Positions 1 through 11,782 of a DNA stretch of 64,000 nt are shown piece by piece. Each line of letters starts with the position of its first letter. Positions within the stretch are counted from its first letter, which is position 1. The notes under the pieces are model-generated. The model was not told where the DNA came from. It saw only the letters and a program-made list of their open reading frames with translations, and ran no database searches. Origin of the DNA: Dipteris shenzhenensis (lineage: Eukaryota); the NCBI GenBank assembly GCA_047967505.1, contig CM106538.1; one strand, given 5' to 3'. The position numbers and the translations under genes were made by a program.

Positions 1-626
1 GTCTCTAAATAAGAAAATTATGTTGTGTAAAAATGAATGAGTGACTAGTCTGTATATTTTTATGATAAAGGGATCTAGTTCTAGTGAAAATAAAAGTGTA
101 AAAACCATGTTTCCTAAAGAAAAACATTTTTAAAAATCTCTTGAAAAACACGCTCGGATAAACCTGCTCATAGGTTTTTGCTCGTAAAATTGACGCATCC
201 GTGTTCATAAACACCTTAGTATGTCTTACCTTAACCTTATCTATCCATGTGAATCTTTCTTCATGTCATCACCCTCAGTGGTGTCCATATCCCAAGAAGC
301 TCTGGACTAAGTGGAGGTATGCAATATTATAGTTGATGCAATGACATGAGGCAATGACAAAGTGTTCAATATTCACAAAGTGTTAATATTAAATACGTAG
401 CATTGCCTTAACTATGTTGACACATTATGTAAACAAACAACATATACAACAATTTAGACCCAAAGTCTAGAAATGGTGAGAAAAAAATGAATTGGCTAGT
501 ATTGAATGTTCAAATGAGTAAATATCATTTATAAAAAATCATAGCTCGTAAGTAGCTCCTCTCTTGCACATATACAATCTATGGATTCAACACAAATGTG
601 TCCATATTCTGTAACATCTGCTCTTC

Positions 627-1025
627 TCATGGAGATGGACCAAGGTGGTAAATAAGGGCAAAATACATAACAAACATTTGGCTTTGAATTTGTATTTTTG
701 CAAGTGTTGAAAAACCCGGCCAGGCCACATTTCCATGCCGAACACCACCAACAATGTACACCATATCCTCCATAGAAACATAAGGGTCCTCTTGGATAGA
801 GTACTTCTTTAGCATTGTTCTAGATTCATACAATTTTTTCCAATCTTTATACGCATATTTGCCACCTTTGTAATGGAGAATAGTAGTCCCTCTCTTAATG
901 GAACCGTGGCTAGTGGCCTGTAATAGATGGCTCATGCACGTCAAAATCCACACTTTTAATCCGAAAGACTTCCTTGATGGGGACACGAAACTTTGGTGTT
1001 CCAAGTGGATCACGTCCTGGTACAT
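627..1025 (-). pseudogene. Decayed coding segment of unknown function
   Basis: 132-aa frame with protein-like composition, on the same strand as neighbouring decayed genes; no recognisable domain. Confidence 0.25.
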
Positions 1026-1143
1026 ACATATTCAAACAAGATTTTAAATTATATATGTCTACATGGCAAAGGACAACCCAATTCGCCCAAAAAACATTAC
1101 AATACTTGAGACCAAATCAAATGAAAATTTGGCATATGTACCT

Positions 1144-2583
1144 TCATGGAAAATATGCATTTAGAAGTCTCTTTAGAAAGGCCTTAGCAATGTGCTTCTT
1201 GATATAGAAACCTTTGTACCCTAGTTCTATAGCCATATGAGAAGCTTGCAAAGCACTCATATAATCAATGGGTGGGGCTAGTCCTTAGCATATTTATTTG
1301 TGACATGTTAAGTTAGGCAAGAATTCACCACCACCATGACTTGGCATATGGGATGTGCCCTCTAGTTCTCTCTTATCACATCTAACCCTCTCCCTTAGTT
1401 GGTATACATGAGGAAGCTTTCCTGTATTATATTATGTTATTGACCATTGATGATTTTGATCACTCCATTCTTCAAGAACTTCCTGGATGAGATTGAAATC
1501 TTTATGGCCCTCCACCATCAGTAATTGTCCATACCGATTGCTCTCAATCACGACGTGCACATCAATGGCCTCTTCAAGATGTAGCAAGTAGGGCATCAAC
1601 TCTCCTAGTAGAATGTTATCTTCATTGTCTTGCACATTAAACATAAGAGGAAATATGTAATTTGATCGAGGACTGATACAAGCCTTGTATGGAGAGTCAT
1701 CAATAAGTATTGTCCTCCTAGCATCGCATCCAAATGCCTTTGATATTTTTTACAAGGGTTTGAACATAGCCTCAATACCAACCTTGTTGGGCCTATTTAT
1801 CCTCCTCTTACTATAAGAGTAGCATCCCTATTGAGCCCATATCACGAAGAAAGGGAGGTTTTCCTTTGCATATATTTGAAGATTTTCTACCATTTCAATG
1901 ACATTATACTCCATGGATATTGACCAAATACCTACATTAAATTTTTGTAGCAAGATCGTTAGAAATTCAATGCACCTAGGTCAAAAAGCCATATAACTAT
2001 TGTGGCCATACATAACATATGTGTGTATTGGTGACTTGAACAAGTAGTGGGTTAATAGTAAGCCTTTCAAGTCCAATATCATAGTCATCCTTGGCTTATC
2101 CCAAGATGATGGGATTGGATGGATTACATCTGGACTACCCACAAAGTTGCTACACCTTGACTCCTCCAAGCTCCCTTGTGCTCTACGTTTAGTTATATTT
2201 GGCACATCAGCAAGATTCGATTTTACCTCATAGTCACTAGCTCTTGACACCACTTCCAAACGTGGATTGCTATTGAGGTTGCTTGTAGTTGTCCACAATT
2301 CTGATGGCATGTTTTCTTGTGGAGTAGTTGTCTCCGCTTTCTTTGAAGCATCACTGATTCCAACATCACTAAGATCTGAGTTGATGACCTCAAACTTGCT
2401 AGCTCTTGACACCACTTCCAAAAATGTATTGCCAATGAGGTTGTTTGCAGTTGCCCCCATTTCCAGTGGCATGTTTTCTTGCGTATTAATTATCTCCTTA
2501 TTCTTCCTTGCATCATTCATTCCAACATCCTTATTGACCTCACAATCACTCTGTCCCAATACCACTTCCAACAATGTACACAT
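1144..2583 (-). pseudogene. FCP1-homology (NIF/HAD) phosphatase-like pseudogene, intronless, with N-terminal tandem repeats
   Basis: ORFs 1981-2583 and 1432-1644 share one frame. Reading through the stops gives MTMILDLKGLLL...F*PRCIEFLTILLQKFNVGIWS...FFVIWAQ*GC...MFKPL*KI...RTILIDDSPYKACISP...IFP, the motif series of plant FCP1-homology proteins. Confidence 0.8.
2238..2575 (-). repeat. About 2.5 copies of a ~150-162-bp coding repeat (LEVVSRAS...QENMP)
   Basis: CTAGCTCTTGACACCACTTCCAA near 2238 and 2399, ACCACTTCCAA near 2561; the peptide repeats in ORF 1981-2583. Confidence 0.8.
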
Positions 2584-3029
2584 TTTTGGTGTTATGTTTT
2601 CTTTTGTAGTATTTGTCCCTCTCTCCTTCCATGCATCAATAATTCATGTGGAGTATAATTCCAAGAAATTCATTCATTATATACAATATAATTTTTGTGG
2701 CATTCTCCCTCTAAGTATATGGAGCAGGGATTTTTTAATCGAAGCTCTACTTGTATATTAATATAAATATTTGGCAAAAGTTTCTCAAGCTAGATTTTTT
2801 AGTTTCATAACATTGATAGAATGTATTACAATTTGTTATGTTTTCATTTGAAATTTGAAGAAAAAGTTGTAAATCCTGGTGAAACTATAAATTTTTTCTC
2901 ATAAAAGTTACAAATCTTGGCGAATGTTTCAAACCTTTTTTTTATTAGGGCATACCATACAAACTTTCAACACCAATATAAAAATTTCGTTTCTCAATGA
3001 AACTAACAGGAAAAAATCATCCATGATAT

Positions 3030-3380
3030 GGAGAATGGCACTAGTGCCATTCTCCCTATGAGGTAAAGAAGAATGTCACGTCTAACATAGAGAATTGTCC
3101 AAAGTTCTATACCCTATCACCACATGGAGAGTGTTTTTTCCCATGGCACTATTGTCATTCTCCACATCATGAGGGTTCTCAAAATGAAGCACTTAAAATA
3201 CAACAAAAAATACATTACAAATGACCTTACTCTTATTATCCACAACCTCATATGAAATGGCAGATAAATGCACTAGTACCATTTTAATTTCAGTGGATGA
3301 CAATAACATCATCCGTTAATGAGGCTATGATGAATTTCTTTAAAAAATCATTAGAGAATGGTACTAGTGCCACTCTCCAA
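3030..3380. repeat. Palindrome cluster 1
   Basis: Perfect 26-bp palindrome GGAGAATGGCACTAGTGCCATTCTCC at 3030-3055; degenerate copies near 3143, 3267 and 3354. Confidence 0.85.
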
Positions 3381-3550
3381 ATTCTGATAGATCTATGGAA
3401 AGAACTTCAATTCAAACACTTTGGAAAAACAAACATTACAATACATTGGGTTCATATCACACAAATCCAATATCAATTAAAAATTGGCAACGTTATATTA
3501 TTGAAATGGTCGCTACAACTATTTTTGAACTAGGATTGACATGCCATAAA

Positions 3551-5558
3551 TGTTGAAGAAGTGAAAGGAAAGCATAAAGCTGAACATGAAACAAGAGAAT
3601 GCTTGCTTATAGAATGAAGAAGGGTGAGGTCCATATGTAGGCACCTCTACAAGAGCTACCAAGCTCCACAATCATCTCCTCAATCATCTCCTCAATTAGC
3701 TCCTAGAATCTCTCAATCATCCTATGTGGCATCTACCACCACCTAACAGTGCTTATGGGCACCTAACTATGCCTCTAGCACACACACATAGAACCCAAGG
3801 TAGCACACAATAGTTTATTCCATTCATTTTGGAGGACTATCCAGGCAGAGTACCTTGACTCAACATAAAAGAGAGATCTGGAGCATATATGGAGATGGTT
3901 CAAAAAGCATAATCATCATAGGAGGCCTCATCTTATGGAGGCACATCAACTGAAAGTAAATTGGAAGTTTCTGGTTTTGTAGTTGCTTCCTTTTCGCCCT
4001 TACAAAACTTTTCATGTTGATTGTTTTTGCCACAATATTTGCAAGGATTGATCTTGAAGCAATCTTTTGAGAGGTGATTAGTCTTCCCACAATGTTTGAA
4101 AGGTTGAAACTTGCCCATTTGAGTTTTTATGGCATAGGCTATGTCATTTCCTCTCCGGAGTTCCTTGTGCCTTTCTTCTTCTTGAAGAGCAGTAATAAGA
4201 CCTTCAAGAGTAGGATTAGGAAGATTTTTCAATGTGGTAACAACATGATCATAATCTTCAGGCATACTTTTGAGCAATAATACCATTGCATCATCTGTAG
4301 TGATTGGAGAGTTGATAGAAGCAAGTTGAGTCATGAGACTCCGCATGTGATTGACATGGGCAGCCAAGGGAGTGCCACTAGTCATCTTCAATTCAAAGAA
4401 AGCAATCTTAAGTGACCATTTTGAGATGTGAGAGCTAGCACCAAAAATAATATCAAGCTTCTGCCAAGCTTCAGAAGGAGACTCCAAATCAAAAATGTGA
4501 TGAACATAGTCATCTCCTAAGCCAAGAGCAATAAGGCCATATGCTTTCTCCTCTCTAGCAGGATCTCATGTCGGGCATGTAGGAGTTGAGGATTCTCCAG
4601 CATTAGAGGTTGTTGAAGAAGAAGAAAGGCACAAGGAACTCCGGAGAGGCAATCACACAGCCTATGCCATAAAAACTCAAATGGGCAAGTTTCAACCTTG
4701 CAAACATTGTGGGAAGACTAATCACCTCTCAAAAGATTGCTTCAAGATCAATTCTTGCAAATAAAAGCTTTGTAAGGTCAAAAAGGAAGCAACTACAAAA
4801 CTAGAAACTACCAATTTACTTTCAGTTGATGTGCTAAGGCCTCCTATGATGATTATGTTTTTTGAACCATCTCCATATATGCTCTAGATCTCTCTTTTAT
4901 GTTGAGTCAAGGTACTCTGCCTGGATAGTCCTCCAAAATGAATGGAATAAACTATTATGTGCTTTGTAAACACCTCTGGTCACCATATGATGTAGGCCAT
5001 GTGTATGTGTTTAGCTCCATGGTACCTCCTGCAAACATTGTGTGCATGTACATGCAGGGAAGATAACCATTTGAGGGTATTATGTATCCCTTTGTTTGAC
5101 TTCACACCCTTGGGAACCCTTGCTAGCATGAGATCCTAGCCATAGATTTATCCTTGACCACCATGAGATGGCTTGAGACACTATGTGACTAGATGTATCC
5201 TTGACATAGCCTGAGGCATTCCCTTGAGGGGGGGTTTGATGGGATATCTCAAGGTGTATGCCCCATGCACACCTTGGGTTCTATGTGTGTGTGCTAGAGG
5301 CACAGTTAGGTGCCCATAAGCACTGTTAGGTGGTGGTAGATGCCACATAGGATGATTGAGAGATGAATCAGCCCCTACATCAGTGGGACTGGCCTAAATC
5401 AAAGGAACCTCCCATGTGGGGGCCTTTGGCTTACATCATCACCTAGGTCACACACTAGACACATCATAGCACTTGATGTGCCTCTACAACACACATGTGA
5501 CTCCCCTAGATGCACACATGCGCCATAGAGCAAGCCCTTGATCACACTTATCCCAACA
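3551..5558 (-). mobile_element. Rearranged gag-only copia-type LTR element (X) with an internal inverted duplication
   Basis: Termini TGTTG...CAACA; 5-bp TSD ATAAA (3546-3550, 5559-5563). 3708-4183 is the reverse complement of 4616-5364, lacking about 4964-5271. PPT GAGGGGGGG at 5226-5234 precedes an LTR start at 5237. Confidence 0.8.
3933..4560 (-). pseudogene. gag: Copia-type Gag (UBN2-like region plus zinc knuckles)
   Basis: EAWQKLD...LLLKSMPEDYDHVVTTL...LQEEER; knuckle-like xKHCGKTNHLSKDC and CKYCGKNNQHEKFC. Confidence 0.8.
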
Positions 5559-5563
5559 ATAAA

Positions 5564-7060
5564 TCCCTTTACAAAATAATCCAAAGACATAACAAGTGGA
5601 AATTAGCAATTTCTTTAGTAGCTATAGGAGGAAAAGGTCCCATTGGCTCACCATCATCATCTAAATCATGTGGTGGTGGTGAAGTAGCATGTGTTTTAGT
5701 GGCTTTTCAATTCCATACCAAAAATTGATCTTTGGATCATTTGTTAAAATATCAGAACAAATGGACTCGACTTCTACGGCTTGTGCTTTTGTCAACATCA
5801 AGGACACCACTCTTCTTTTAGATGATAACACATGCGTTTTCACGACTCCTTTGGTGAAGAAGTCAACTACAAACTAATCATCCCTGCAAAAACATAGGAT
5901 GCATTTTTTCATAATGCATTCTTTGATGGCCTCTTGTGGATCCTTTGTTTCCTCCTCCTCATAATTATTAACCATGATATTATCCTCAAGTATGTTATAG
6001 GGCTTGGCAACTTGCAAGAGGTGATCAAATCCGGCGTATCAACATTTGAGCTCAAGAATGTTAAAATGCCAAATGTTTCAGTCAAACCCATGAGCACCTC
6101 ATCTTCTGTGTGAATGACACACATGAATCTTCAACTCCAAATTGAATTCTCATCAATGGCATTCTTGATATTGGCCATCTTTGTCATATTCAAAAATGAT
6201 AAAAGAACAAACTATAATGGAGACAGTGTGGACCGCATCACACCTTTAATTAACTTCCCAAATGTAGCTTTATTCCAATCAATGTTTTTTGCAAACTTGT
6301 GTAGTGTCAAAAGCACACACAAGCCAATAGCAAGGCCATCTAGAAAGTGTCATGACAAAAACTCGTCACCTTCCATTTCCATATTGACAAGAGAGATTGT
6401 CCATGGAAAACACTTTTTTTGCTTGACACTGTAATCATTTCTTGCTTCTATTAACCATTCAACATAGCTAATTGCAGCTAGTGGGAATTCAAGCATTGAT
6501 CTACCAGCTTGTAGCTTTTCCTTTAGCAATATCTCACAAATTCCATGAAATATTTCAAAAACAATGGAAGTAATACCGAAATACCCTACAAATTTATCCC
6601 ATGTTCCATCGGACAGATTTGGATGTCATGAGGTGAATAATTTCATAAGCTTCTCTCTAAGTGCTTTGTCATGCTTCATTCCCAGTGCCCTTTGAGCCAT
6701 GTCAGTAACATCATTGTTGACTTTATTGGACTTGATGAGTACAATGTCTCTCGACTCTATCTCCTCTTGGATCTTTCTCACACTGTCATTATCCAATCCC
6801 AACAAGTGTCTCATATACATTATGGTTAGTTCACGACCTCTCTCCTACACTGATCTCAAAATTTGTATCCATTTTTCATATGTGTCATCCTCATAGGTCA
6901 CCATATGGGTGTCCTTGGTGGCAAAGTTGGCACCCATTGACACATTTGCAATTGACACAAAATTTTGAAAAGAAAATCACAATTAGTACATATAATAGAT
7001 GAGACCGAGTCCAACATCCACATACAAATTACCATTCTTTCAAAATTGATGACAATTTGA
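5564..7060 (-). pseudogene. Decayed gene of unknown function, possibly a degenerate amino-methyltransferase fold
   Basis: One frame with few stops from ~6950 to 5909, then a shift to ...KECIMKKCILCFCRDD*FVVDFFTKGVVKTHVLSSKRRVVSL. The frame seems to continue past element X to ~3470. The fold assignment is inference. Confidence 0.4.
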
Positions 7061-7079
7061 TTATTCTCACTTAAGAGAG

Positions 7080-8345
7080 GGTGGCACTAATGTCATTCTC
7101 ATGCTTCACTATATGAAAAATGGCACTTGTGCTATTCCTCCAAGAGAGTAGAGTAAAAATGGCACTAGTGCGACTCTCTCCTTTAGAATATGATTTTGAA
7201 AATTTTAAGCCATTTTTTTAATGTAGATTCACATTGGTGCCAATCTCCATATGACTCACATAGATAATGGTAGAAGTTTCATTCTTCACAAACTCAAATG
7301 GAGATCGGCAATAGTGCCATTCTCTATATCCTCCAATAAGATCATTGCCATTCTCCTAGTCTTCAAATGAGACTGGAAGTAGTGCTATTACCTCTTTAGA
7401 TCCTCAAAAGATAGTAATGAGAATGGCATCAGTGCCACACAACATTGGCCTCATTCTCCATGTGACTAATGCGAACAATGAAAGAAGTGCAATTATAAAG
7501 TGGTATTCTCCATGTCAATCACATTGGAGAATGATAGCACTACTTAGAATGGTAGTGCAATTCTCTAAATTTCACAATAGAGATTTGTAGAGGATGGAGA
7601 CTCTCCAAGTCCTTAAATGAGACTGGCATCATTGCCAATTAAATTCATATTGTAGAATGTGGCATTGGTACCATTCAAATGAGAATGGCACTAGTGCCAT
7701 TCTAATCCATGTAAGTTTGTATGGAATGGTTTTGGTCTCAATTTGAGTGGCATAGAGAATGGCATGAGAGACTAGCACCACTGCCATTCTCCAATGTAAT
7801 TCTAATCTATGCGAGAATGGCACCAATGCCATTCTCCAATGCAATTCTAATCCATGAGAGAATGGATCTAGTATCATCCTCCAATGCAATCTTTCATGTT
7901 TATTTATGGAGAATGGCACTGGTGCCAATCTCTCATAAATATTATGCATTAATCTTTCACATTTGTTTCCATCTTCCAATAAGCATGACATTACTGCCAA
8001 TCTATAAAACCTTCACATAGAATGAGAGTGACACCAATGCCAATCTCACTGGAGTCACTCACATGAGAAGATTGTCACCAATGCCATTTCCAAAATATGA
8101 ATTGGAATGGCACGATTGTGATTCTCCATGTGAGTGGCACCAAAGTGATTGGCACTAGTGCTAACCTAATTTAGATTGTGGAGAATGGCATTGGTGCCAT
8201 TTAGATGAGATTGATACAAGTGCAATGACACCAGTTCCATTCTCCACAAACTCACATGAAGAAGGGTACTAGTGCCATTATAATACATGATAGTTTGTGG
8301 AGAATGGAATAGTGCCATACTAATTTAGATTGGACTAACACTAAT
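7080..8345. repeat. Palindrome cluster 2 (largest)
   Basis: Many copies, e.g. 7681 GAGAATGGCACTAGTGCCATTCT, 7813 GAGAATGGCACCAATGCCATTCTCC, 7909 GAGAATGGCACTGGTGCCAATCTC; spacing often ~40-50 bp. Confidence 0.9.
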
Positions 8346-8699
8346 GCAAACAATATAATAATAAATACTTACTTTTTTACTCTTCTACATTTTGAAAAGA
8401 GACCACCATTATATCTAAAGATGGATAAATGTAAAGACAATTTACTACTTAAAATTCAAGTTAAATTTACTAAAACTCCCCCATCACATATTACAAAACA
8501 TATTACCTACATCTACCTTGTATTATACATGCCATCCAAATCAACAATAGAAAATAGAGAAAAAAGTAGAAACAATTTGGTTTTAAAAAAATTTGTATTA
8601 ATAAACAAAATTGGTCTCCAAAGAAGACATTATCATGTATAGATTTGTAAGCAAAATTGGTCTACAAAAGGGACATTCTAATGTATATGTAAAAGAAAG

Positions 8700-9160
8700 A
8701 AGTTCACTACTACTCTGCATTACTATCACTCATATCCTCATCATGGCTAGAAGGGGGTCACTTGAGACCTCATCTTGCACATCTTGTTCTATGCATTCAT
8801 ACATGGACAATGTACCCATGGTCCAAGAAAATGTCAATGCAATCCATTATCTCCTTCACTGTATCAAACTTATCAATTTCAGGCTCATCGATTTCAGGCT
8901 CAAACCCAGTTCCTCCAAAGCTTGAGGAGGGTCCTCAAATTGTATCTTGCAATCTACAAGAAATGTTGCTTCCTTGAAGATCTATCTCCACTCCAGCCAT
9001 GTGCATGCACTTCCACATTGAACTTCACCCATTCTTCATCGTGCTTAATTTTCTCTACAACATGGGATAGCAGAGAGTCCAAATGCCATATGGTGGAAAC
9101 ATGAGGGAGAGGATTTGGGTTTAGGGAAGAAATTCGAGTACTTGGACGGTCCATTAATCT
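8700..9160 (-). pseudogene. Decayed coding segment of unknown function behind a CT-rich leader
   Basis: ORF 8954-9175 continues after a frameshift as VDCKIQFEDPPQALEELGLSLKSMSLKLISL; no known domain. Confidence 0.3.
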
Positions 9161-9199
9161 ATTGAAAAACAACAAGCAAGTAAGGGAATATAAAACATA

Positions 9200-9395
9200 T
9201 TACAAAACAAGAATGTAAAAAATGAGAAAAGAGAAAGAAAGAGAGGAAAAGAGGAAGAGGGCGAGGAAAGATGGAAGAGAGTGAAGAGAAAGAGAGTGGA
9301 AGAGAGGGAAAGAGAGAAAGAAAAAAGAAGCGAGAAGGAAATAAAGTAGAAGAAGAAATGAGAAATAAAAAAAGAAGAAGGAAGAAAGGAGAGAC
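9200..9395. repeat. Polypurine (GA-rich) tract, CT-rich on the minus strand
   Basis: Almost all A/G; explains the low-complexity ORFs 9159-9440, 9200-9403 and 9271-9516. Confidence 0.85.
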
Positions 9396-9790
9396 AATGG
9401 CACCAGTGCTCTTTCTATACAAACACATAAGGAATGGCACTACGGCCCTTCTAATCCATGAGAGTTTGTGGTGGATAATGGCACTAGTGCCATTGTCTCA
9501 AAAATATTATGCATAAATCTCCTTAACATAGAATGAGATTGGCCCTAGTGCTAATCTAATTGATGTCAAAATCACAAGAATATTGGCACCATTGCTGTGA
9601 TTCTCCATGTGACTCACACTAAAGAGATTGGCACCAATGCCATTCCACACAAACTCACATGGATAATGGCACCAGTGCCACTCTAATCATGTTATTCTCC
9701 ATTGCTAACACCAAAGAAATTGGCACAAATGCTATACTACACAAACTCACATGGTGAATTGGTTTTGAAATGTGTTCTACAATGGCACTT
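9390..9790. repeat. Palindrome cluster 3
   Basis: e.g. AATGGCACTAGTGCCATT near 9477 and AATGGCACCAGTGCCA near 9665. Confidence 0.85.
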
Positions 9791-10239
9791 TTTTGTGTTA
9801 GTATGCGCAATGTGATTGTTGAACCCCCACAATGAAGATGTTCAAAAACATGGTGAATGGAAAAGAAAGGATCAAGGCAAGGCCTAGGATGAAGGATGAC
9901 TATAGTCACAACTCAAACGTCTAAATCATATGGATCAAACCACAAAAAAAGAGATCAATGAAGTTAGGGCATTTATTAGGAGGGTAGCTGAAAGTCACAT
10001 AATAATTTCTCTAATAGTCACAGAAAGATTTTGCACTAAATTTTTGAGAGGATCTATAGCAATGGTTTTAGCTACATCAAGGGCAAGATACAGAGTAGTG
10101 ATCATGCAACAAGAATCAATAGTAGCCATTTGAGTAGGAGATCAAATATAAGATCTCCAACTTGTTAGTTAAGTTGTAAGCCTTAGAAGTTGGGTTGGCT
10201 CTTATGTTTGACTCATAAGTTTGATTGATTATAATTTAG

Positions 10240-10610
10240 ATGTAATGCTGAAGGGGCGATGGGATTACAACGTATATGTGGTAGTTGTTATACAATTGGG
10301 GAGTGGTGATATAATAGTATTCAGAGAGTCATGTGTGTCTTTAAGTTGAGTAGTTGCAAAGCAAAAGTAGTAGCAACATTCATATAAGACTCTGATATGT
10401 GATTATATAAGACTACGATATGTGCTCATATAAGACTATGATATGTATTCATGAATGAGTGTGGAGATAGGTTAGATGAGTGCATGGAGAGAAGACCAAG
10501 AGATGGGTGTGTTGAAATGTATACCTTTCTACTCAACTCAATATAGGCTAGTTGGAAATGTGTACTATTGTAGGTTGATGAGCTAATACAAATGCACTTC
10601 CCCCTCAAAA
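10240..10610 (-). mobile_element. Old LTR remnant
   Basis: Minus-strand PPT-like TTGAGGGGGAAG then TG near 10596; short tandem repeats TATAAGACTNNGATATGT at ~10384-10447; left end not defined. Confidence 0.3.
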
Positions 10611-11209
10611 CTCAATTGAAGCCATTTGGCAATGTGTGAAGTATGCAATTGTATATGAATTTTCTTTCATCATTGCTTTTCTCTTTTTACAAAATCATGG
10701 TCCTCAATGAATGATTTAAACTTTCATCAAATCCATTATAGGATGATCAAAGGCATCCATAAGGGCATCTATACTACCTTTATGGAGTTTAGAGCATGGG
10801 AAATCTATGTGAGTATTTTACTAAACAAGCCATCATGCAATGGTCCGTAGCAAACATTATTTGGCAACCCTATCATTAAGGAGGAGTGTTTGAATTGGAT
10901 GTGACAATGAATAGGGATTGCAGAATGGAATCTACAAGAATGGTAAATGAGCTTGGCTCTATTGAAGGAGCAAGATGGGAAGAGATGACAATAACTCCTA
11001 AAAGAGGTGCAACCCTTAATCAATGCTAAGATGTAAGATGTAGTAAAGCTAGTGTGGAACTATCATAAGAAAATCATCATGTATAAAGTCAAGGTAGCAC
11101 AAGTAGCCCTTTCAACTACAAAACATATTGGAAGATTGAGTTAATGTCATACATCAAATTGTGGAAGATTGAATTCATGGCATACATTAAATTCTCCAAA
11201 ATCTAAATT

Positions 11210-11782
11210 ACAATGGTACCATCGTGATGCTCTATGTGAAAAATAGCATTGATGCCATTAATATGAATGGCACCAGTGCCATTCTGTCAAACTCACATAA
11301 GGAATGCACAAGGGCCATTCTAATCCATGAAAGTTTGTGGATAATGGCACTGGTGACAATGTCACAAAAATATTATGCATAAATCTGCCACATCTATTTC
11401 CATCTTCTTGGTTAGCATGGCACTACTGCCAATCTACTTAGCATTGACATAGAATGAGATTGGCACCAGTGCCAATCTCTCTAGTATCAATCACATGGAA
11501 ATTGGCACTAGTGCCATTGTAAAAAATCTAACCCTCAATGGGCACTGTTGTGATTTTCTATGTGACTGACACCAAAGAGATTGGCACCAGTGCCAAACTA
11601 ATTTAGATTGTGGAGAATGGCATTGGTGCAATTCAGATGAGATTGGCACCAGTGCCATTCTACAAAAACTCACATGTAGAATGGCACCAGTTTCATCCTA
11701 ACTCATGAGAGTTTGTGGAGAATGGCACTGGTGCCATTGTATCAAAAATATTATGCATAAATCTTTCATTTTAGCATGGCAC
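11210..11782. repeat. Palindrome cluster 4
   Basis: e.g. GAATGGCACCAGTGCCATTC at 11266, GATTGGCACCAGTGCCATTC at 11641, GAGAATGGCACTGGTGCCATT at 11718; cut off at the junction with B1. Confidence 0.9.

Noticed and set aside
7629-8020. ORFs with repeated WRMALVPFS peptides as real proteins
   Set aside because: They are translations of the palindrome and appear on both strands.
7080-11782. CRISPR array
   Set aside because: The repeats are palindromic and spaced, but the spacers are themselves repeated, the repeats are degenerate, there are no cas genes, and the context is eukaryotic.
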